Positions 48,366 through 58,674 of a stretch of 64,000 bases of DNA are shown here, one piece after another; the stretch's first letter is position 1; every line of letters begins with the position of its first letter. The DNA comes from Cyanophora paradoxa CCMP329 (lineage: Eukaryota > Plantae > Glaucophyta). The stretch covers positions 1 to 64,000 of the forward strand of contig QPMI01000237.1 in the NCBI GenBank assembly GCA_004431415.1, read 5' to 3'. The position numbers were made by a program, and so were the translations under genes. The notes under the pieces were generated by a model that was not told the origin of the DNA, ran no database searches, and saw only the letters and a list, made by a program, of their open reading frames with translations.

Positions 48366-49998
48366 ATGTCGGCCGTTCATTTGACGTCGTACGGTTCCGC
48401 GGAGACCGCCGAGTTCTCCATCGTGCCATGCCCGAAGCCGTCTGCAGTGCAACCCGGCCATGTCGTCGTGCGGATGACGCTGCGTCCGGTTGACCCTGTG
48501 CGTAATACACTGCATATGCGCGAGGGTCCACGGGATCGTCTTGCACGAGCTGCGCGCGCCATTGCATTGCGAACATTCGCTGACGTTCAGCTCGCGCGCT
48601 GTGCACGTGCAGGCGGACATTTTCTCCATCATGGGCGTTTACCCGGGCTTCAACACGCCACGCTCGCTCCCTGCGACCCCTGGCCTCGAGGGCCTCGGCG
48701 TTGTGGAGATGGTGAGGGCGGCCGGGCGCGTACACACGCGCGGTTAACGCCGCGGCGCAGGTGGGCGCTGGCGTCAGTGGTTTCGCGACGGGCCAGCGCG
48801 TGGTGCCGATCTTCATCACCGAGGCGCGTGCCATCTCGCTGTGCCGCGTCGCAGCGCCCCACCGGACGCACGCACCTGACGGGGGCCCGGGGGACAGGCG
48901 CTCAAGGCCGGCCGCGGCTCCTGGGCGGACTACGTTGAGATGCCCGCCGAGGTACCTGGGACTCCGCCTTCGTTTCGCGTTCGGCTTCGAATCCTAGGAA
49001 CTGACTGTGAACTGCACGGTAGTGGATCGTGCCCGTCCCTGAGGGGGTCTCCGTACGCGTCGCCCGCCCCGGCCGGCCCTCCCACGGCCCGCCCCGCTCT
49101 TAGCTTTGGGGCGCAGGACCAGGCGGCGGCACAGCTGGTGCGGCGGCGGCGGGCGCCTCGGCGGGGCGGCGGCGCGCTCCGCCGCCGCGCTGAGGGGGCG
49201 CGCAGGTCGTGAACCCGATGACGGCGCTGGCGATGGTGCGGGAGCTCGGCCTGCCCGGCACCCGCGGGTGGCTCATCAACAACGCGGCCGGCTCGGTGCT
49301 GGGGCGGCAAGTGATCGAGATGGGGCGCGCGCTGGGCTTCCGCACGATCAACGTGGTGCGGCGGGCGGCGCTGGTGGAGGAGCTGCGGGCGCTCGGGGGC
49401 GACGTGGTGCTGGTCGAGGGGGAGGACCTGGCGGCGCGCGTGCGGGCCGCCACGGGGGGCGCCCTCGCCGACGCCGCCATCGAGCCCGTCGGGGGCGACA
49501 AGACGGCGTGGATCTCGAACGCGGTGAAGGACGGCGGCGTGGTGCTCGTCTACGGCGCGATGGCCGGCCTCGACTTCAAGGGCAGCGTCGTCGACTGCCT
49601 CTTCCGCGACGTCAAGATCCACGGTCCGCCCGCCCCGCCCCGCCCCATCCCCCGCCGCCCCCGCGAGCCGGGGCACGACGCCGGCGCCCGCCCCCGCAGG
49701 CTTTTGGATCACCCCGAGGCTCTACGCGGCGGGGGCGGAGAAGTGCGCCGCCCGGGCGGGGGCGCGGGGCGGCGGGGGCCGACGCGGGCGCAGGTCGCGG
49801 GCGCTGGCGCAAGACTGCATGGCGCTGCTCGCGGACGGGGCGGTGAAGCCGCACTCGGGGCGCGTCTTCCCCCTCGCCGAGGTCGCCCAGGCCGTCAAGC
49901 ACCAGGTGCCCTGCCGCCGCCCCGCCGCCGCCGCGCTGCGCCGACACGCCCCGCAGGTCCAGGACGCCCGCGGCGGCAAGGGCTTCCTCTCCTCTTAA
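48366..49998 (+). CDS. Medium-chain dehydrogenase/reductase (enoyl-thioester reductase/quinone oxidoreductase-like)
   Basis: VVVRMTLRPVDPADIFSIMGVYP...PATPGLEGLGVV..VGAGVSGFATGQRVVP...GSWADY...VNPMTALAM...NNAAGSVLGRQVI...GFRTINVVRR...GVVLVYGAM...RGGKGFLSS*. Confidence 0.9.
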
Positions 49999-50355
49999 GC
50001 GCCCCGCCGGCCCCGGCCTATGCACGAGGCCCGCGGCGCCGCGAGCAGCTGTCTATCGATTACATAACTATTGAACAGAGCGAAGAGCGGACAGGGACGA
50101 CGGGGGCTGACAAAGCAGGCCGCAGACCGCGGGAGCGGGGCGCGGGGGAAGCGAGACCCAGGGCCGCTGCCAACAGCTGGAACCACGCGAGGGGCGGCCG
50201 GAAGGAGAGAGGACGCTGGAGCTTAGTACGGGGCGGAGGAAGGGTCGGGACAGGAGGCCGGGGGGGCAGCATGGGCGAAGGGAGGTCAGGGGTGGTCCCG
50301 GTGGCCGAGGCTGCGCAGAGGGCGGGAGGCGGATGGGGCGGGAAAGGGTGGCGGG

Positions 50356-52234
50356 TCATGGGGCGGCCTTGAGCTTGAAGCCGGCGGGGGGCGGGCCGCC
50401 CTTGGCGGCGTAGCTCCTGCGGGGGCGTGAGCGGGGGCGGGAGCGGTGCGGGGCGGATAGGCGTGCCGGTCGAAGGCAGAGTAGTCCGTTTCCTCTTCCT
50501 CCTTGACGGCGCCGCGGCGGACCTCGAGCTCGTGGAGGAGGTCCTCGTCCTCCCCGCGCCGCCGCTTCCGCGTCGGGTCCTCGTGCAGCGACGGGAAGGT
50601 CGGCATCAGCTCCGGGTCCTTCGCCGGCGGGCTCTCCTGGAACCACGGGTGCCGCAGCGCCTCCGCCGCCGAGATCCGCTTCCTGCGCCCCGCCTCGCGC
50701 CCGGCGCGGCGGGGCGGGGCGGGGCGGGGCGGACACGGGGTCGTAGGTGAGCATGCGGTTGAGGAGGTCGAAGCCGGCCTCGGAGAGGTGCGGCTTGCCC
50801 GGGATGAAGGAGGCCGGCGGGAACTTCTGCCGCAGGTTGTTGTACGGCTGCTGCACCCACCGCACCTTCTTGAAGTTCGGCAGCTCGTCCACCCCCTTCC
50901 AGATCTCCTTCGTCGGGGTCCCCAGCAGGCGGAAGATCTGGCGGCGGCTCGGGCGGGGCGGCGGGGGCGGGGCGGGCGGGGCGGGCGGGCCTTGTCGATC
51001 TGGTCGATCTCGCCCTTGCCCATGACGAGGGGCTCGCGCTGCAGCATCTCCGCGAAGATGCACCCCGCCGACCACATGTCGATCGCCGTCGAGTAGCTCT
51101 TCGCCCCCAGCAGCAGCTCCGGCGCCCTGCCGCCCGTCACCCCCGCCGCCGGGGCGCGGCGGGGCGGGGCGGGGCGGGGCGGGGGCGCGCGCACCGGTAC
51201 CAGAGGGTGACGACCATGTGGGTGTAGGGCTTGAGGGGGGAGCCGTACTGGCGGGCGAGGCCGAAGTCGCAGATCTTGAGGTGGCCGGCGTTGTCCATGA
51301 GCAGGTTGGAGGTCTTGAGGTCGCGGTGCAGGATCCAGTTGTCGTGGAGCGCCGCGATCCCCTCGAGGAGCTGCAGCAGCAGGCACTTGACCTCGGCCGT
51401 CGTGAACGGCTGCTTCATGCCCTCCATCAGGCTCTTCAGGTCGTGCTCCATGAACTCCATGACCATGAAGATGGCGTCGAGGTTGTGCCCCACGCAGATC
51501 TCCTTCACGTTCACGATGTTCTTGTGGTGGATGGAGAGTAGGATGTTGATCTCGCGCAGGGAGGTGACGGGGAAGCCCTCGCGCTCCCGCTCCATCTTCA
51601 CCTTCTTGAGGGCCACCACCTCCCCCGTCTCCTTGTCCCGCGCCCGGAAGACCACCCCGTACGTCCCCTCGTCGATCCGGTTCATCTTCTCGTAGCAGTC
51701 CACGCTCCGGCACCCTGCGCGCCGCCCGTCGCACTCCCGCCCTACGCAGCGACCCGCGCGGGGGCGAGGGGCGCGCGAACCGAAGCCGCGGTCCCGCAGG
51801 GCGTTAACGATGGCTCGCGCCCCAGCCGGCGCCGGCGAGGGGCTCGACTGCGGCCGATCCACCGATTCCGGCGGCGTCGCGTGATACTCCCGCTTCTCCA
51901 CCTCCTCTTCCTCGTCATCCTTCTTCGCGCGCTCCACGTCGGGCGTTCGCGCCGAGTCTTCGTGCGCGGGAGTGTTCTCTTGCCCAGCGGCCGGCGTGCC
52001 AGCAGCTGGCGCCCCGCCTGGACTGAGGTCCACTTCGTTTGCGCTCAGCGTTGGCGGAGGCGTGGGGGCCTCCCAAATGCTGCGCTTCTTCCGCGGCGGC
52101 TCGGCCGCCGGAGGATCGCTTGGCACGGACGGCGGAGCGCTTTTGGCGGGGCGTCGAGCGTCGCCGTCCTGGCTGATGGGCGAGCCCTCCTGCACCTCGC
52201 CTTCCTCCAGCTTCGGCGAGTTCCGCGACGCCAT
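50356..52234 (-). CDS. CDK11: Cyclin-dependent kinase of the CDK11/PITSLRE (plant CDKG) family
   Basis: [28 protein letters not shown]...[26 protein letters not shown]...[10 protein letters not shown]...[32 protein letters not shown]...[12 protein letters not shown]-type tail. Confidence 0.93.
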
Positions 52235-52362
52235 CGAGCGTCTGTCCACGACAGCTACGCGTGCGCGGACGCTACGACTGAGCTGCTATGCGGCCAGGCG
52301 GTGGGCTTTGTCGCTCAGCAGGTATCAGGCTCTACCCCCCTGTGCAGCACTCTTTCGCTGCA

Positions 52363-54286
52363 ATGGCGGGCGAGGAGAGCGGTGAGAAGCGCTCCAAGAA
52401 GCGGAAGGCGTCGCGCGGAAGCGATGGCGAGCCTCCCTCGCGCGTCCAGCTATCCCGCGAGCGTATCAACGTAGACCCGATTGATGAGGTGGAGCGGCGG
52501 CGCGAAAAGGACAAGTGTATTGACGTCGACGGCAAGGGCGGCCAGTCGGAGCGGAGGGCGAAGAAGAAGGCAGAGCGCGCGGCTGCTGAACCATCGCCTG
52601 AGCCGGAGGCGGCGTTGGACGAGGTGGGCAGCGAACCGCAAGAGAAGAAGAAGAAGCGGAAGCACACAGAGGACGCGGAGGTGCGCGAACTGGCGCCGCC
52701 AGCATCGAAGAAGGCGCGCGGACGCAAGCTCAAAGAAGACGCTCCATCGCCAGCACCGGAGGCATCCGACGACGCGCATGCGTCTGCGGGAGAAGATGCG
52801 GAGGGAAGCTCGAGCGCTGCGCGTATGCAGCGAGCGGAGGAGAGGAAGCCATCGCCAGGCAGGGGTGAGGGGGATCGCCGCCCAGTGCGGGACGGCGGGG
52901 ACGTCCGGCCGGGCAAAGGACACGGGCGCGGCAAATTCGTCTTCGGGAACTACGACCGCTACTACGGCTACAGGACGGGCCACGAGGGGGACGCGCGGAT
53001 GCAGTTCCTCAAGCGTCGCTGGTTCCGAGGCAAACGCTGCCTGGACGTCGGCTGCAACTCCGGCGCGCTGACCATCGCGATCGGTGCGTGCCGCGGCCCG
53101 CGCAGCGCCGGTGGGCGCTGAGTGCGAAGGCGCGGGCAGCGCGGGAGTTCGAGCCGGCGCACATCGTGGGGGTCGACATCGACGCCAAGCTCATCGCAAA
53201 CGCGCGGCGCCACGTTCGGCAGCAGTTCTGGGGCCGCGGACCCGCCTCCCAGGGCCCCGCTCCCAGCTCGAAGCCCGCCGAGTCGGCCCGGATGTCTCCG
53301 GCGGCGGAGGCGCCTGCAGCGGCGCCGCCTGGCCCGAAGGCGACAACGCTGAGCATGGTGCCGCGGGCGGCACAGCTACGGGGGGCGAAGGAAGGCCCTA
53401 CGACGCACATGATGCGGACCCAGCAGACGAAGGAGCAGGAGCCGATCGAGGAGGAGGCCGAGGCCGCGCGCATGGCGCGCCGCAGGCGGGGCGATCCGGA
53501 GGAAGCGCCCGAGGAGGACGAGGCGGCGCCCGAGCGGCAGGGCCCGGCGCACACGCGGGAGGATCTCGGCTGGCCGTACAACGTGCGCTGCGCGGGGCGG
53601 GGCGGGGCGGGGCGCGACGGGACGGCAGGTCTCGTTCCGCGTGGAGAACTACGTGGAGATGGAGCGTCCGGAGGTGCCCCCGCCGGCGCCCGGGCCCGAG
53701 GAGGAGGCCCCCCCAAAGCGGAGGAAGGAGAGGGCCGAGGGGGCCGCCCCCCCGCCCCCGCCGGGACCCGCGGCGGACCACGGCGACCACAGCGAGGACG
53801 GCGCCTACGACGTGATCTTGTGGCGCGTGAGGCCGCGCGGTGGGGCCGTGGAGGGGCCTGACGGGCTGGCGCAGCATGAGCGTGACGAAGTGGGTGCACC
53901 TCAACTGGGGCGACGACGGCCTCCTCTTCCTCTTCCGCAAGGCGCGCAGCACCGCCGGCCTCGCCCCCGCGCCTCACGGGGCGCCGCAGATGCACCGGAG
54001 CCTGAAGCCCGGGGGCGTGCTGATTCTGGAGCCGCAGCCGTGGCGCTCGTACCAGAAGAAGCACCGGATCTCGCCGGTGACGCGGTACCACTTCGAGCAC
54101 GCGAAGCTGCGGCCCGACACCTTCCCCGCCGTCCTCGCCCGCGACATAGGCTTCTCCTCCGTCGAGCTCATCGGCGTCCGCCCCCGGCCCGCCCGCCCGC
54201 CCCGCCCCGCCCGCCCGAACGCCCCGCAGGTGCCCGAGGACGAGCGGGAGAACTTCCGCCGCCCCATCTACAAGTGCACCAAGTAG
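52363..54286 (+). CDS. MEPCE: Bin3/MEPCE-family RNA methylphosphate capping enzyme
   Basis: [13 protein letters not shown]...[18 protein letters not shown]...[11 protein letters not shown]...[12 protein letters not shown]...[22 protein letters not shown]...[17 protein letters not shown]...FRRPIY. Confidence 0.93.
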
Positions 54287-54373
54287 CCGGCTCCCCGTTC
54301 CCCCTCCCGGAGTCCGCACTAGTATACGTACTGCCCAAATCCCACGTGCCCGGTCTACTAGAGCTACGCATGG

Positions 54374-55448
54374 CTACGCTGAGGCCTCGTCGTTGGGGGG
54401 GTCAGGCAGGGGAGGGGCGTCGGGGCGGGTGGCAGAAGCGCCGAGAAGGCGGAAGTGCTCGTCGGGGCTCGAAAGGGCGTAGCTATAGGCGGCGTGGACC
54501 CCGCACGTGGAGAGCAGGCAGGGGTTCGCCCCGCCGGCGATGAAGATGAGCGGGAGCCAGAACTCGGCGATGGCCACACAGGAGGCGTCTAGCAACCCAC
54601 CAGAGCCCACGAGCACCTCGCACTCCTGGCATCTGCGCGCGCGCAAGCCCGCTCCTTATATCAGCTGCAGCAGCGCCAGTGCCGAGGATCAAGGATCCGG
54701 GCCCGGGGGAACTCGGGAGTGTGCTCACGAAATCGCGGACACGGCGCGGGCTGCATCGTCTCTGCGCAACTCAAAGTGAGCTGAGGGCCGAGGAGCGGAT
54801 CCGGACGCGCGCGCGACGCGGGCGCCACGCAACAGGAAGCCGAGGAGGCGCGCGATACCCTCCGGCGTAGGCCGCGTTCCCTCTCTGCGGAACCACAGCA
54901 CTTGTCATGAGAGAGCGGCAGTTGCACGCGCCATAGGGGGATACGGACGGGAAGTATTGCAGAACAGACTCCAGCACGATGAGAGAGGGCATTTGCTGGC
55001 GCGGGATCAAGTGTGCGTTCGCCAGAAAACCAAACAAAGCCTCGGAAGTTCGGATCCACTTCATGCCGCAGCGCGCGAGCGCTGGATCGTCCCCATCGAT
55101 GCCTTCGTGAAGCGATGGCCGAATCTTGTTCAACCGCTGCCGTACTGTGCTCGTCAACCGATTATAACGTTGAGATTAGATTAGATTATTACGAGCACAG
55201 TATTAGATTAGAGAGAGGGGTCGCGGTTAACGTTGAATTCGAACCTGCTTGTCGGCGATGAAGTACACGGCCCGTCCAGCGCGCGCGCAGTTGAACGCGT
55301 ACGTAAAGAGGAGTGAAGTTGTACCGCTCTCGTCTGGCCCGTGCAGTAAAGCTCGGTCGCATGGGGGGAGCGCGGCGCAGAGCGACTGCAGCTCCGCGTG
55401 CAAGGCGTCCTCCGCCGCGGGGCGGAAGAACAATGGCAGCTGGATCAT
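54374..55448 (-). CDS. SWSAP1-like RAD51/RecA-fold protein (Shu-complex type)
   Basis: ALLHGPDESGTTSLLFTYAFNCARAGRAVYFI...DPALARCGMKWIRTSEALFGFLANAH...PSLIVLESVLQYF...IARLLGFLL follows the SWSAP1 layout as I recall it. Confidence 0.6.
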
Positions 55449-55785
55449 GCGCCTTCAGGCGCTCAAAGCGCTCGAGCTCACGCGCTCAACGCGCTTGAAC
55501 TTTTTTGTTTTCTGGGGTACGCTTGCCGGCAACCTGCAGCGGCTCTAGCTGCTGCGGCGCGCAGCTATCAAAACGCTGTATCGCGTGCTATCTGGCGCGC
55601 TGCGCACGCGCGCATCGGGCGGAAGCGAGCCTGAGCGAGCTTGCAGCAAAAGCGTGCAGCGAGGCATCCGGGCCTCTGTGGCGTTTAGCTCAGCTTGTAC
55701 CGCACGGCACCTGCAGCTGAGCCCGCTGGTCAGCAAGGCATCTGCGAGTGGACCTGCGGGGTCCCTTAGCTGAGCCGCAGCCGCG

Positions 55786-58674
55786 ATGGATTTGGTTCTC
55801 AGCCGTGTAGACTACCTGCAGGCGCGTGCACTCGCTTGCCATCGGAACCGCACTCGCTCTGCCTCCCGCTCTGACTACTGATGCGGCAGGTCTCGTCGAC
55901 CTGCAGGCGGTCGATGCGGCTGCTGCGGGCAGAGAAGAAGCGTTCCCATCAGGTCGTGGTCGCGGATGACACGGGCTCCATCGTCTGCTTCGGCGCGAAG
56001 AAGGGCCAGCTGCAGACGGTGTTCAAGACGCAGCCCACCGGAAAAGAAGTGAACCGCCTGGAGCTTGGCGGCGCTCGCGGCGATAAGACGAAGATCTTTA
56101 CATCGTCTGGAAGCACTATACGAGGGGTGACTAAGAAAGGAAAGGAATTCTTCAAGTTCCAAACGAATCTGACCGAGACGATCAACTCGCTGTACGTGGA
56201 GGATGTGAACATCTGGACAGCGGGGGAGTTCGTTTACAACGTATTCGTCGACTGCAATGTGCGCCCGCGCGCATCCTGGCCGGGTGGCGGGGTGGATGGG
56301 GCAGGGGCGTGGGTAGGCGGGGAGGGCCCCTCCGACTCGCGCCACAGGACAAGAACTACTACATGGCGGGCGACCGGATCAACGACATGATCGTGGATGT
56401 GGTGTCGGGGGACCCGTCGAACGTGGGCGGCTACGACGGCGTCTTGGGCTGCCAGGACCGCTTCATCCGGGTCATCCAGGGCTCCAACCTCTTCTACGAG
56501 TGCGCCCTGGACGGCGCCTGCAATGCGCTCGCGCGGTACACGCCGCGGCGACGGGTCGGCCCCGACGGGGACGACGTCGACGAGGACACGCCGGACCCGG
56601 CGGCGAAGCAGCGGGAAGTGCTCTACGGGACGGACAACGGGCTCGTGGGGGTCGTGCAGATGGACGCCGTGGGCATCAAGAAAGGGTGGAAGATCGCGAA
56701 CACGAAGCGGCTCGGGGCGGTGCAGTGCGTGGCGGCGTACGACCTGACGGAGGACGGGCGCAACGACGTTGTCGTCGGGCGCGACGACGGCTCCGTGGAA
56801 GTCTACTGCTTCGACGTCAGCGACGAGCCGCGCCTCGTCTTCTCGAAGAACGTCGCCGAGTCGGTGACGGCGCTGGACGTGGGGGTGGTGCAGAACCCGC
56901 CCTACCGCGAGATCGTCCTCTCCACCTACGGCGGCAAGGTCCTCTCCTTCACCGCCGCCCCCGAGCCCGAGCGGGCCCCCGAGCTCGACAAGCCCCTGCC
57001 CGACCCCAAGGAGGAGAAGAAGAAGGAGAAGGAGAAGAAGGCGGCGGGGGCCAAGGGCCCGGACCCGAAGGGGGACATGGCGAAGAGCATCCAGTCGCTG
57101 CGCGGGGACCTCGACAAGCTGCGGGGGCAGGTGGGGCAGGCCCGCGACAAGTACCTCAAGAGTACCCAGGACGTCGTCGCCGTCGCCCCCGCCTTCAAGG
57201 CCCGCCCGCCCGCCCGCCCGCCCGGCCCCGTGCCTCACGCCGCCGCGCAGGTCAACGATAAGTTTGTCCTCAGCGGGGAGGACGCCAGCTACACGCTTAC
57301 GATCGAGATCCAGGCGCGGCCGGGCGGCGGCGCGGGGGGTGGGGCGCGGGGCGGGGCGTGACGCGTGCCGCAGACGCCGATCGACGTGGTGGCGCTGCAG
57401 AGCGAGGCGGCGATCGACCTGCTGGACATGGACACGAGCGTCGCGATCGTCTCGCGGACGCCGCCGGAGCCGGAGTCCGGGAGCCGCCTGCTGGCGACCT
57501 TCCGCTGCCAGGAGGCCGTCTCCCGCCTCGAGATCAAGCTCCGCTCCACCGAGGGCCACCACGGGCCCCTCCAGGCCCGCGCCCCGCCCCGCTGCGCCGC
57601 CCCGCCCCGCCGCGCCGCGCCCCTCACCCGCCGCAGGTCTACGTAATGCCCCGCGTCACCCCTAAGAGCTGCACCCTCCTCTCCTACTCCATCAAGCCCC
57701 TCTCCCTCCACCAGGTGCAGGGGCCGGGCGGGGGCGGCGGGGCGGGGCGAGCCGGCGGGGCGCAGCGGGTGGCGGAGCTGCCGGAGGACGCGCTGACGCG
57801 GCCGATGAGCGAGCTGCGGCTGACGGGGAGCTTCTCGCTGGCGGACGCGCACGCGTGGGTCGTGGGCGTCCTCCCCGAGGTCCCCGCCCGCTACCCCGCC
57901 GGCGACGAGCTCTCCTTCTGGTTCCGCAACGTCTTCCTCGGCCCGCCCGCGACCCGCCGGCGCCCCGCCCGCCCCGCCCGGTTCCTGACGGGCGGCGTAG
58001 GGACGCTGCTGACGTGCACGTACAAGAAGGGGGAGGCGTCGTTCCGGTCGGACTCGCTCTCGACGCTGGCGATCCTGAAGGAGTTCGTGTCGCGGGAGGC
58101 GACGGCGAAGAAGATCTCGGTGCGGCCGTCGTTCGACATCAAGGAGGAGAGCGTCCCGCACGTCCTCCGCCTCCTGCACCCGCGCGTCGAGTACCAGCGC
58201 GGCCTCGCCCTCAAGGTCCGCCTCATCGAGGCCCTCAAGGAGCTCTCCATGCACGTGCGCCCGCCCCGCCGGCCCCCGCCGCCCTGCCCCCGCGTCGCCC
58301 CGCGACTCCCCGCAGGAGGAGGACACGAGCTACATGACGGACGAGTACAAGGGCATCCTCGCCAACGCGGAGACCATCCAGCGCGACTTCGCGGTGCGCT
58401 GGGCCGGCCCTCGCTCTGTGCGGCCGGCTGGGGCGAGCTGGGCGGCAGAACCAGCCGCGGCGTCTCGAGTTCCTCAACTGCATCGTAGCCGACCTCTACA
58501 TTGATCGCCTCAAGTTCAAGGCGCGGCACGCGCCGGCGCCCCATGCCTGCCCCCCGTGACCGCACCCCGCAGGGCCTCGACGGACGCGCGCGCCTCCCTG
58601 CGCTGCAGAAGCTGCTCGAAAGCTACGACTCCATAGACCGCCTCACCGCCTTCTTCCTCGAGCCCATCGCGTAG
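55786..58674 (+). CDS. BBS7: Bardet-Biedl syndrome 7 protein (BBSome subunit), 11 exons
   Basis: MDLVLSRVDYLQVSSTCRRSMRLL...VVVADDTG...KKGKEFFKFQTNLTETINS...LGCQDRFIRV...VGRDDGSVEVY...YSIKPLSLHQR...GSFSLADAHAWV...DLYIDRLKFKG. Confidence 0.95.

Noticed and set aside
1184-57373. Obligatory intron hairpins (C-rich 5' arm pairing with G-rich 3' arm) as the splicing mechanism
   Set aside because: Many introns fit (for example 1184-1241), but others are wholly C-rich (57200-57250) or wholly G-rich (57314-57373). Composition follows the positional wave instead.
900-58580. Introner elements (transposon-derived identical introns)
   Set aside because: Host introns share only low-complexity motifs. 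I saw no long identity, TIRs or TSDs among them.
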